Below, one piece after another: positions 38,787 to 50,626 of a DNA stretch of 64,000 nucleotides. A program made the translations under genes and the position numbers. The first letter of the stretch is position 1; the number at the start of each line of letters is the position of its first letter. Under the pieces are notes generated by a model. The model saw only the letters and a list, made by a program, of their open reading frames with translations. It ran no database searches and had not been told where the DNA came from. The stretch is from Selaginella moellendorffii (lineage: Eukaryota > Plantae > Lycopodiophyta): the NCBI RefSeq assembly GCF_000143415.4, contig NW_003314262.1, positions 3,854,021 through 3,918,020 on the forward strand, in the 5' to 3' direction.

Positions 38787-40622
38787 TGTAAGCGACTAAT
38801 TTTTCCATTCTACTTTAGTCACTTAACCACACCTCCGACCACTTGGAGGAGTCTCATTCACAACCTCCATAAGTCCCATTCAGGACTTGGGGCTTGCTAT
38901 CCCCGAGAGTGGCATCCATGCCACTCAACCTTTGCACTTGGTCCAAGTGCTCCACGTGTCCGATCCCAAGACCGACACCCAAAGGTACCACTGACATCTC
39001 GGCCCGTTACGCTAAGGCCATGCCCACTCACTTTTGCTGCACTAGTGGTCCAATACCACTTGCATCACCATCCCGTCTCTCCAAGACTGGGCCATGTGTC
39101 CACGAGTGGTCATCCTAGATCCACTCCTTAGCATCCTTAGGATGCCCACAGACCTGGGGAATCGCCTTCCCCAAAGTCCCTTTGTCAGTTCCTACCAAGT
39201 CCCTTTCTGCCCCTGGCTGTGTTTGCCAACACTGCCACTGGATCGAGGCCCACAGGCCCGACCACTAAGTCCCATGGTCCTTTGGGACTTCCTCACCACA
39301 CGACTGTGTCCTTGGTCACTACCCCAGAGGACTGCTCCTCTCCCTTTCCACAGTCTAGGCCTTTGGGACAACATTTCGGAACACCGTGGCCTTACGCGAG
39401 CCACCTGGGTACTCTCCCCGCCTTTCGCCTTTAGGTGCTCTAGCCATGGGCTTAGAGCGAGGTTCCATTGAGCCACACCTGGTATCCAAGTAGGTAGTGC
39501 CACCCTCACTTGGACTGGGAGCATCGGCCAATCGATCTCCCGGGGAACCTAGAGCCGGCTCTTGAACACTTCACCAAGCTACCCCGCTTGTCGGTCCGTG
39601 TTCACTCTAGTCTTGGACTTCCCAGTGGGCAGCTCATCACCCAACACTGGGTCCGGCCTTCCTGGGCCAAACTGGCCTTTCCTGGCCAAACTGGCTCCAC
39701 TGCAGTCCTCCCCCTACTATACTTTTGGGGCTCACCAAACCCCCCAGGGTCTGGGAGACGAACGCTTTGGGCTTTCACCCTCTCAGGCTCCGGACTCGGA
39801 CTCGGACTCGGACTCGGACTCGGATTCGGACTCGGACTCGGGCTCGGGCTCGGTCTCGGCCTCGGCCTCGGTCTCGGTCTCGGTCCCGATCTCGGTCTCG
39901 GTCTCAGTCTCGGTCCCGGTCTCGGTCCCGGTCTCGGTCCCGGTCTCGGTCTCGACTTCGGACTCCATCTCGGACTCCATCTCGGACTCCATCTCGGGTC
40001 CATCTCGGGTCCATCTCGGACTCCATCTCGGACTCCATCTCGGGTCCATCTCGGACTCCATCTCGGACTCCATTTCGGGTCCATCTCGGGTCCACCTCGG
40101 ACTCCATCTCGGGTCCATCTCGGACTCCACTTCGGACTCCAACTCGGGTCCATCTCGGGTCCACCTCGGACTCCATCTCGGACTCCATCTCGGACTCCAC
40201 TTCGGACTCCAACTCGGGTCCATCTCGGGTCCATCTCGGACTCCACTTTGGACTCCAACTCGGGTCCATCTCGGGTCCATCTCGGACTCCACTTTGGACT
40301 CCAACTCGGGTCCATCTCGGACTCCATCTTGGACTCCATTTCGGGTCCATCTCGGGTCCACCTCGGACTCCATCTCGAGTCCATCTCGGACACTCCCACG
40401 TGTCATGTGTTGGTCCTTTTGGGTCCCTTTTTGGAGCCTTGCCTTTTGCTCGCTTCGTGCTCGTTCCTCGAGCACTTCGTTGGGAGTTCCACTCCCGCTC
40501 TTGACTTTTCAAGTCGGAGCTTTTGGTCCAAACGTGTTACGCTCGTTTGGCTTTCGCTTCAGCCACTACCATGTGGCGCCCTTCCGGCTCCACTTTGGGG
40601 CCTAGGGATTTTGTGTCTCACA
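38787..40622 (-). mobile_element. Solo LTR D (1836 bp) inserted in an RCL1 exon
   Basis: TG..CA ends with perfect TSD GCTAC, and the RCL1 frame rejoins across it. Strand inferred from motifs shared with LTR C. Confidence 0.88.
39790..40390. repeat. CTCGGN hexamer array grading into 11/12-mer units (CTCGGACTCCAT / CTCGGGTCCAT)
   Basis: Read directly; explains the overlapping low-complexity ORFs in six frames. Confidence 0.95.
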
Positions 40623-41364
40623 GCTACATGGGTGGACGAGGGCATGGTGAAACGTATCTGAGGAGTAAGTTACTCCACACACGTCTCACCTCATATGGCC
40701 AATCGAATGTGGCGTGCTAAATCGCTTGCTCCCCAACATGTACATCTTTACTGATCACTACACTGGTTCGGAGTCCGGGAAGTAAGTTCCATGATTTTGT
40801 GCTGCAAAGTAAACTTTTTTCATCTTGCTTCCTTTGTCATGGCACAGATCTCCAGGCTATGGGATCTCACTGGTGGCAGAAACGACCACCGGCTGCATTT
40901 TAAGCTCCGAGTGTGCGGCTACGCATTCAGGAGCATCTGAGCTCCAGCTTCTAGAGGACCTGGGGACGCAAGCAGCCATGTCCTTGCTACAGGAGATAAA
41001 GCTGGGAGGAGTTGTAGATTCAACTCACCAGGTATCTATCTGTGAAGTTGGAAAGGAAAGAAGGTGATCTCACAAACTTTCCTGTTTGCCATACAGGGTT
41101 TGTTGTTCATCCTCTGTGCTCTGTGCCCGGAAGATGTTTCTAAAGTCAGGGTTGGTAAGCTCTCTTCTTACGGTATCAAGACGCTACAACACATCAAAGA
41201 ATTCCTGGGAGTGCAGTTTAGTATCAAGCCTGACCCGGCGATAGGCACGGTTCTACTTACGTGCATTGGAAGTGGCTTCCAAAATCTCTACAGGAAAGTT
41301 TCATGAGTCACTAGGGCCATAGCTCTAACAAAAGGAAACCGAATCAGTTACATGGAACTTTTTC

Positions 41365-41752
41365 TTACCACGCTAGAAGCCATCGGTCTTTTCTAGCAGC
41401 AGCGCGTCCACTCTCCTTGATGTGCACAGCAATTTGAGCTGCAGCCTCAAACTCCAGCCAGCCATCCATGACGATCATCTGCCTCTCATCGTCATCATCT
41501 ACTGATGCTCCCACTGAAGATAAGAAGCTGGAATACACTTTGGATGTGTTCACTATGTCCGTCACTACCAGCTGGGCGCTCTCGAAGTCCGGATGGCGGT
41601 GAGCTCCTGGAGGAACTTGAGCATGCAGCTGAAGATCGAGAACATTTTCCCATTAAATGTCTCCCGCATCAAACGTTGATGTCTTTTAGTGACTCAAGAA
41701 CAGCATGAGGCGTGGGCCTTTTAGACACAATCAGTCGAAAAAGCGTCTTAAC
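41365..41752 (-). pseudogene. Possible last exon of an unknown gene convergent with RCL1
   Basis: TTTGCAG acceptor, then ~130 coding-like codons with a frameshift and a stop, ending ..KDRWLLAW*. Confidence 0.35.
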
Positions 41753-43070
41753 CTGCAAAGAATTCCAATGAAACCAGTTCCAGTTAATAAGGAGACACTT
41801 TGTATCTCCCGAACTATTTTTTGCTGTATATCCTGATGAAAATGGCAGTAAGAGGTGTGAGAAAAATTCCAAGTTGAACTAACTCACAGTGAAACCCTGC
41901 CTCCCCCCCACCGCAATATAGACTGTAGTTCAAAGTTCGTTACTTGAGAACAAAGAGTGAAAAATAAGTCATGATGAGAACTCCCCAAATCTCATGAACC
42001 GCACAAATCTAACTTAATTTTTCACAGGCATTTTGCACAGGCATCTGCCTATCCTCACTCAAAAGTAGTCACTTTACTTTTAAACCACATTAGATCAAAA
42101 GTGAAAAAGATCAAAATGTTGAAACCATATTAGAAGTTAAAAAGTAAGGTTTATTACTAGATGATTAGGGTTTCTCTCAAACAGACATCATTTTTTGGCT
42201 AAATCACAACTGTGGGGGGCTTTAACAATAAAATTACATATTATATTTTTATATGTAGCCTTAGTTATTTATAATTGTCAGAAAAATCTACGATAATGTA
42301 TGTAGTATTTGATTAAACAATAATATTTTAAAATATTTTTACTAATTTATAGTATATAATACTATGGAATATAAGATTTGAATTTATTATATATATTTAC
42401 AAATACTTATTTTTTTGATTGGATCTAGGTAGTAATATATTAATGTTCCTAAAAACTTATTGTTTTATATTTTGAGTAAAACTTATAATTAATTAATGTT
42501 TTGCAGTAATTATTCTCTTTTATTTGTTTTTAATTTTTTATTTGTCAATTTGTTTCTAAATATATTCATATTTCTAAATAATAAATTTGTATATAATATT
42601 TTTATGAATGAATATATTTTGTTCTAAATAGTTATATTATCAAGTTTACAAGAATTTATTTTTTTGTCATCTAGCATTTTCTAGGCATAATTCTCTCAAT
42701 TAAAGTGGAATATAATATTTGTTGTTTTAATACTATTCCAATTTAGTTTTTAATATATTAAAGAATCAAAACAGTATTTTGCTAATTACACAGCATATGC
42801 TGGGCAAGTGCTAGTATATTGTTATAATACCCTTTTTCAATTGGAGAGAGATAAAGTGCACTACAATATAAAGAATGAATTATTTTTATTTTTGCAATTC
42901 CTTGATATCAATAATATATTTATGAATATTTTTGCATTTTATGCTTGAGTGCTCAAGATAGGTATATTTATTGGGGTTTAGACTTATATACAAGAATGGA
43001 TGGACTAAATTTAATCCTTAATAGTCTATATGCTATAGTACTATAATTAATGTATTATGTAGCCAGGGTA

Positions 43071-43122
43071 ATACACACACAGATATATATATATACATAT
43101 ACACACATATACACACACACAT
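43071..43122. repeat. (CA)n/(TA)n compound microsatellite
   Basis: Read directly. Confidence 0.85.
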
Positions 43123-45926
43123 AAATCTTACACATTTAAATTAAATAATTTTCATCTTTAATAAAAATATTTTTCACATTGTCCTACATTACAACCATTC
43201 TTATGATTTTTGTATAATTTTTATCATATATCGCTGTGAATAAGTTTAAATTTTTTAATGCTTGGGTGAAATAATTTAGAAATAGTAATAAATCTTGTTT
43301 AGAAGTGTAAAACAAAACTCTAAGTTATAAAAAAAATTTAAATGATCCAAACCATTTTAGAAATTGGATAGTATATAGAAAATATTAATTATAATTTTTA
43401 ACTACTATTTCATTATTTTGCACTTCAACTTTATTGATATTTTGTATAAATTGAATTTTTTATCTTAGAATGTACTAAAGTAGTGGAAAGAGAAAAAATT
43501 AATGGCCTTTAGACACAAAACAAATAATTTATACATTTTAAGCACTTCTAAAATTTTAGGTGACAAATGGAGTTACTGAATTTTATTAAAACTATTATCA
43601 TTTTTTATTTTCTAAAGATGATTCAGAGGAGTGACAAAAATATAGTTTTAATGGTTTCAAAACATAAACACATTATTTATACTAATTTAACTAAGAAAAT
43701 TCAAATTAGAAAAAGTTGAATGGCAGAAAAAATTACAACCATTAGAATGAAGAATATTCTAAAGTTACAGATAAATTTCTTATAAAATATTAATAATAAT
43801 GACGTAAGTAAGATTTCTTTTATAGGCATGTCCCACCCGATCGTTCAGTTGCAAACTAAATGTCTTAAGGAACATTAGCTTTATACAGGAAATTATAAGG
43901 TATCATAATGAGTATGGATAGGCATTATATAGTCATGTGTTGGTTTGGAATCACAAACTAAGATCAAGGCTTTGGATTTAAAGGGTCCCATAATCAAGTA
44001 GTCAAGGAAAGGTCCAAGCCAAGCACTCACAACATGAAATAAGTTAATATTAACGAGGTCAAAAGTACACTAAAGGTTCACACTTTCACTCGATAAAGTT
44101 GTCCAGCTTACACTAAAGTTTGTTTAGCAAGCTTGCTTACTTGGCCATCATCTCTTGAAATGCCTTTGATTTTACACCACCATCAAAGAGTTGCAAGCGA
44201 CACAAGGCCATGACTTCCAAAGTGTCACTGCATTGTTAGTAATATAGAAAAAAACATTTTACACAAAAGAACTGCTGTTCATCTTTTAATTTCCACTTCC
44301 ACAATTTTTCTTGTGCTTCTTTCATCTTGCACTAGATGAAAGCCTCCTCAATAGGACTGTTTGCCATCTTTCTGTGAGAAGGCCTAAGTAGAGGGCTCTT
44401 GGAACTGGGCAAAGCTTCTTAGCTCTTTTAACATGCATGACATGCCCAGGCTCTTTCCATGTGAGGTACCTCGACTTATCATAAACCTGTGCGCTATTTA
44501 GTATGCTCCAAATATCTTCCACACTGGCTACTTTGCTGCATCCAGAGTTTTTCTCAATGCTGTATCAAGAAAAATCTTCTTGACAGCTTCCTTTGCTTCT
44601 CTCTTGATTCAAGGGATTGTCAGGACTGAGACTGACACCCCAGAGTTCAAACGCTGGGCCAGTTTTAAACCAACACATCTGTATAGAGAGGAACTTTGTC
44701 TTGTAAAATCAAATAAAAACAAATATTGCACTCATGATAACAACAACAGCTTATATCATGAATATTGATTCATATGAGATTTCAGAAAAAAAAGGTGCTT
44801 ATTAAATAATAATGAAAAATCTATAAGATGACCAAAATAAACTTGCAATTATCTATATAGGAATCAAGCCCAAAAGATTATAAGAATTTTAAAGAATCAT
44901 TGTATTGGATTTAGCAGATTTGTGTGAATTATTTTTAAGTTGCACTTTTTCTATTTATTATAAACATATACATTTATGGAAAGGAGTTAGTGCAAATTTT
45001 TTCTCTTTTTTACCAATTAGTAAATAATCCCCTAGTGAGCATCATGAATTTATAAAAACAACTTACAAAGCTAAACAAATTAAAGACATGCAAATATCTT
45101 GGCAAGTACTTTCATTAACATCTACATTAAAAATGCCATATTTTTTAAAAGTAAGAATGATAATATGTTTACTTTCCATTCTTTTTTCAGCCCACTAGAT
45201 GAAAAAAACATATGGAGCTGAATTAATGTATACCAAATTCCTTGGGCATCATTGATTTTCTTTACAAAAAAAAAAGCAAATAAAATGAACTCAATATGGA
45301 AAGCAATCAACAGGCTATTACAATAATAGTTCCATCATCCATCACTCAAAGGAAGGGAAGTTACATATAAGCAAAAGCAAATCTTCCCCCACTCTGTTTA
45401 ACAGAGTCTAATGAATGTTCATTCTTTCTTAACGATACTTTTTGAAATAAATGGGTAAGAATCAATGGATATTATTTTTTTTCCGAATGCTCAAAATCTA
45501 AAGCTTCCAACCTATATGTTTATATTTATACTTATCTAAAATTTTAAAGAGTTCAGTTTAGCTAGCTTAAACTTTAGTCAGAGAAGTGAACTCGATCAAC
45601 ACCATGCCATCACAACTCCACTGGTTATTCTCAGGATAGTTGTTCTTGAATGCCACAAGGTCACCTTAATTTTGAGGAGCCACAAGCTGAGTAAATAGAA
45701 ACGTCAAAACTGTGTCGGTGCTGAAGGGTCAAATGCAAGAGGTCATAAACCCTCATGCCAATTTTTATAAAACCAATCGTACAAGCAGTTCCTGTGCATA
45801 ATCAAGATGCCCGACTTGGGCACTATGGTGGAAGTGTATAAGTAGCGAGCATTACATTCCAGCAGGCAGGATCAAGCTCTGGCATTCTTTCAAATAATGG
45901 CAATTACGTTTTAAGTAAAATTTACA

Positions 45927-46671
45927 TCATGTGGAACACTGGAGTCTTGGTGAAAAACTCGGGGCGAGGAATCCAAGCATCGCTGTTCGCCCGTTCCAGC
46001 GCTCCGCCATGGCTCTAAACGGCCCAATTGATCTACTGTCGGGGCTCTCGCCCTTAAACATGGGCACCAGCGACGCGTACGCGAAAAGCTGTGCCACCGT
46101 TAGGAAATGGAAAAGACCAGTGCTCCCCGGAGAGTAGAGCTGCTCCGCCACCGTTTGTCCCGTCATTCGCTCCATTGCGGATGCCCACACCAATCCAACC
46201 ATTGCCTGTTTGACAAGTTCACGTTACTTACTTGGTTGATCTAGAAAAAAACGCGAAGAAAAATCACCACTCGCTTACCAGTCTTCCGTTGATCGTTTCC
46301 GGGCCGGCTCCATCGAACGCCATCAAGCTGGGGAACGATCGATCGCCAGTCTCTGGTCGCCTCTCGACCTCTGGCCTGGGATAGAATGATCCGGACGATG
46401 GGACGGCTCCAAACACGGAGCGCTTCTCCGACTCGTTCTCGGCCTGGTTCTTGAGCACCTCCTCGCGGGTTATCTCCTTCTTGGTGCCGTCGAGAACGCC
46501 GCTGATGCCGCCATCGCCACCATCCCTTGATTTGTTCGAGGACGCTCTTACTACTACTAGATTTCTTGTCCCGATGGAGCTTGTGGGCGATTGCGATTGG
46601 ACATGAAGCTTGTTGGAGATGAGCGAGGAAGAAGAGAGAGCTGTGATGCTGCTGCCTGAGACGAGTGCCAT
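45927..46671 (-). pseudogene. ELIP: ELIP copy 4 (type B), frameshifted in helix 3; exons 46671..46279 and 46205..45927
   Basis: A 10-nt deletion at ~45962 changes LALVVTEFF.. to LAPSFSPRLQCST*. The promoter ABRE is also deleted. Confidence 0.85.
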
Positions 46672-46739
46672 TGTTTTGAGCTGCAAGTTAGCTAGCAAAA
46701 AATTCAACTGTTCAATGAATTTACAATGAGCTACTTTCT

Positions 46740-49250
46740 TTTACGTTTGAGATAAATGGGCACACAGATATTTATACGGTATGGCCGAAGGCGAAACTTC
46801 TCTAGAGAATGCAAGGTGTGATATTTTGGGCTTTCGTTTCGTTTTCCAATCGAATTCGTACACGGGGATGCTCTTTTGTCTGCACAATAAGCGTGTTAAT
46901 GTAATGCCGTTAGAAAGACTCGAGTGCTCGTCTAGTGCATCAAACATGACTATCTCCCCGGTATCACGAAGAAAAAAACGCAAATTTCAAGACTACTTTC
47001 AAACATTAAACAAGATGAAAAAAAGATTTTGTAATCCACTTGAGAGCTGGTTATCTAGTGTGGATTTGGCAAAGCTTCATTCATATACACATTTCAAAGG
47101 GATTCTCAGTATTGTTGAATGTTATGTAATCACATATTCAAGTTCTACTAAAGGAATTCCCTCTTTCTGATGATGTTATATATGCTCTAACTTCTCAAGA
47201 TCAGTCTTCTAAGTTACCTTCATCTAACAAAAACATCTTTCACAATGCACTCAATTTGCTTATGTTTAGAAAAATTGAGGATAACATATAACTCAAAGAC
47301 AAAGAAAACAAATGCACTTTCTAGTCATTATTCCTTATTTTGTGATGGGAAAAAGTCCAATAATGGCAAGCTAACTCATTCTTGCAAACAATCACAATAA
47401 CTTTAGCTAATGAATGCAAATATAGAGCTGTTTTGTTGGGAGTTGAGTAAGCTTTGTGTTTGGTGTCAAGCATCTTTACATGCACTTGGGTTTTTTGCTT
47501 CTTTCCAAGCAACTAAGTGGGAGGGTTCAGCTTCAACATTTTGGATTGCAAGTTTTTCATAAGAAACTACCTTAACGGGACATGGTTCGCCCATTAACTT
47601 GATCTAGCCATTGGTAGCCATCCGATGAAGTCAAGTTTTCTGCCAGAACGTGGCTGACAACTGCCAAAACCCAGTTGCCAGTTGCCAGGTTTTGGAGAAC
47701 CAGGCTACCAGCTGCCAATTCTGGAGAACCCTTTTATCCTCAAATAACATTTTTCCATGTATCTGTTAACAGTCTCGCCACAGCTTGTTAAGGCCATTCC
47801 ATGGGCACGGGCTTGCTCGTTCCCTCCAGAAGTCACTCGCCAGGGTAACACCTGGGGGCGGGAACATGCTCACATTACCTGGGAACTCCTTCATCACCTT
47901 TTAGCTCAATTGTCATCTTGGAGCATTGAGCATGTTCCTTACACATCAAATGATGTTGATGATATGCTAATGTAGCAAGGGTTGTGGACAACTAAGAGAA
48001 TCTATCCCACAGATTGCAACACAATAATGAACTTGATTAAATTGAAGGTGCAAGTCTTATTGGCTGAATTGGCAACAATTCTTTTGGATTTGCCGATTAA
48101 AAATAATGAGCCAAAGTTATTGTTTGCTAGGAAGGAGTTGACATTGAGGAGAGGAAAGTATTACAAGATTTCCTTGGTGAGTTTTTAAATGTTTTTGCAT
48201 GAGACTACTTGGAGCTGAAAGGCATTTCACCAAACATTATTATCCACAATTGAAGCAACTCAATCCTCTTCTTGAGCCATTGGTTAAGAAAAAAGTCCAC
48301 AAATTGATAAGGAAGGCACATGCATTCCTTTTCCCACCAATGTCAAAATATATTTTCTGTCAATTTTTCTGAGTTACAAAAGGATTACATGTAACACAGT
48401 GATTGGTATGAGACAGGAGGAGATATTTGCTATGGAAGAAGCCACATGAGATTTCTTTTAAAATATGAGCCTAAGCTTTGTCAATAGGGACAACATCACT
48501 TTTCTGGTATATCCAAAAAGTGATTTTTATCACTGTTGATCAGATTAGATTCCTTTATTGAATGACAGCTCCAACTAGGTTGACAGATTCAACTTCTCAC
48601 TACAAATTATCAAGTATTTTTCAAAGGTATAACTTGTTTATTCAAAATATATAGACATCTTTAGAGTCACTGCAACACCTGTTTAAGCACGGGACCTTCC
48701 TAATGTTTTCTAAGCTAAGTGATAAGTTTATTTGGCACCACCATAGCATGACCATGGCTGATAATTAATTGCAGCTCACTAGGAGCTTGGTGGAGAGTAG
48801 TTACAAGCTGTTTTGCCGAGGTGTTGTTGTGGAAGTAGTGCCATGATGCTGCAAAGATGATGCTTAATGTCAACATCTAACTTACTTTCTTGGTCTTGAT
48901 CCTGGAAGTTTTGGAGTAATTCTAGTACTGGTCAATTCCAGAGGTAGAAGCATTAGGCTCTGATGCAGTAGCGATAGAAGTGTCGATTCTAAATGATTGT
49001 GGGCTAAATTTTATATGGTGTGAACCCAGTGCAATTTTCAGCACAATCATCCTTCATCACACTTGACAATGCTAAGAGTACAAGGCAATGGGCAGATTTC
49101 TCTTGTCCTATGAGCAATGTGATTCTTGGACTGTATGTCTTCTCTAATCCATGGCTTTCACCCACAACACCCAATGAACTTCTTCTCTTTCAGCTAACAT
49201 GCCTGTTATTAATTAGCCAACATGATTTTTATTACTGAGCCTGGGATCCA
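46740..49250. repeat. Type-B ELIP upstream block with decayed gypsy pol remnant; inverted paralog of ~58270..60430
   Basis: Reverse-complement similarity. NVFA*DYLELKGISPNII at ~48187-48245 resembles the pre-RT region of gypsy pol. Confidence 0.75.
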
Positions 49251-49306
49251 ACAGTCAACAAGCCTCCCCACTATCACTTTGTATATATAGAGCTTTATAT
49301 ATATAG

Positions 49307-50626
49307 ACGAGCGCCAGTTCCGGGCGGAGCCGGAGCCCTAGAAAGCGCTTGGCCAAGCCGGCCGAGGATTCCAGCCGCTTGCACGTCAGCCAGCTCTCGA
49401 GGAATGCGAACGAGTCCCATCTCAAGGAGATTTTCGGTAGGCTCCCATGGGTTCTAGCGCGAAACTTTGATCTTTTTGCTTTGTGTAGGGAACTATGGGG
49501 ATATTATTGCTGTGGATCTTGCGATGGACAAGACGGTAAGGATAAAGAACACTTCTTCCTGACAGCATTCTCGCGTAGGCTTCTCTTTTTTTTCTTCTAA
49601 ATTTCCCCTCTTTCCAGGTGAATCTTCCAAAGGGATTTGCGTACGTGGATTACAAGAGCAAATCGGATGCTGAAAAAGCTCAACAGTTCATGGATGGGGT
49701 TGGCATTCTTTTTCTTTCTTTTCTTTGTTTTTTTTTTCTGTGTGTGGGACTTACACTTTTTTTTTCCCTTGTTTGTAGGCTCAAGTCGATGGACTCGTCA
49801 TCAGTGTAAAGCTCACAAGAAAGGTATCCCCGGCACGAGGGGTGTTTCCAAAGCGAGACGCTGCGCCACCGCGACGAAGGCCACCAGCTTCGTCGCCGGT
49901 AAGGCGACGGTCACCTTCACCAGGATTCCGAAGGCGACGGAGGTCTCCAAACAGGTAAATTTTCTCTCGCCCGTCCTCATCGTGATTCTAATGCGCTATA
50001 TGAATTTGCAGGAGCCCAATACGAAGGCCTATGGGTCGTCAGCGATCGCCAGCTCCTTACAGGCGCAGGTATGCAATAGAAAAGCTTTATGTGTTCTGAG
50101 GTTTTACCGCTGTACTATTCGCAACCAGGTCACCACTTCCAGTCAGGCGAGGACGTACACCACCCCGGAGGTCTTCCCCAGTTCGACGTCGTTCAAGGAC
50201 CCCTCCACCGAGGCGTATGCGCTCGCCTCCAAGGCGGATGATGCGATCGCGTTCCAGATCGCGTTCGGCTCCTAGAAGGTTTGTTGTCCTTGCTTCAAAT
50301 TCTTGCTGGCTAACAGAATACTGTCTTTCCAGAGCAAGATCACCACCAAACAGGCGGGGCAGGTCAAGCTCCTACTCATCCGGATCTCCTAGTCCAGTGA
50401 GAAGAGTAAGTAGCTGTAATACTTCTCAATCCTGTTTTTGTTTTCTCACTGCTGCAAAAGCAGAGATCACCTGTCCGGGGGGGAGCAAGGAAATCTACGA
50501 GAAGCAGAAGTCCAAAGAGGTATCCTTTCGCTGTCTTCGCTTTCCACTAACTTTCTCTTTGATTGTAGAGCTACCAGCAGCAGTCCCAGCCGAAGTCCTG
50601 TTTCTCCAAAGAACACCAACCAGTAA
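49307..50626 (+). pseudogene. SR45: SR45/RNPS1-like splicing factor lacking its first exon; exons 49307-49436, 49489-49535, 49618-49698, 49779-49954, 50012-50068, 50129-50278, 50333-50405, 50464-50519, 50569-50626
   Basis: RRM LHVSQLSRNANESHLKEIFG..NLPKGFAYVDY..MDGAQVDG, then an RS/RSP-rich tail. Frame is intact across GT-AG introns. No start codon or RS1 exon upstream. Confidence 0.85.

Larger units (their letters stand above)
26471..41306 (+). pseudogene. RCL1: 5'-truncated RNA 3'-terminal phosphate cyclase-like gene captured in Helitron 2; exons ~26471..26559, ~38536..38719, 38779..38786+40628..40781, 40848..41031, 41097..41306
   Basis: SRGIGYFLEPLIILGLFGKKPL, ITNDSRDPCVD, WVDEGMVKRI, IFTDH, SPGYGISLVAET, GGVVDSTHQ, CIGSGFQN. 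Carries a frameshift, a CGA>TGA stop and a mutated acceptor. Confidence 0.92.
21930..42814 (+). mobile_element. Non-autonomous Helitron 2, inflated to ~20.9 kb by nested LTR elements
   Basis: 5' ~105 nt homologous to 15703ff (TC..GGGGGGTAACTGTAAAGGGGTT). 3' ~600 nt homologous to 21200-21929. Hairpin 42791-802, CTAG|T at 42811-15. Confidence 0.85.

Noticed and set aside
39615-39650. Second 5S-like segment (GGACTTCCCAG) in solo LTR D
   Set aside because: Similarity ends after about 10 nt; chance level.
39790-40390. CRISPR-like appearance of the repeat array
   Set aside because: No unique spacers, no cas genes, eukaryotic context.
39510-40661. Six overlapping 200-380 aa ORFs with SR-, SD- and GL-rich translations
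   Set aside because: They arise from a stop-free repeat array inside a TSD-flanked solo LTR.
44300-44650. Coding-like minus-strand stretch
   Set aside because: Contains stops and no family I can recognise.
47572-47891. ~320-nt segment absent from the paralog at ~59505, possible MITE
   Set aside because: No convincing terminal inverted repeats or TSD; could equally be a deletion in the other copy.
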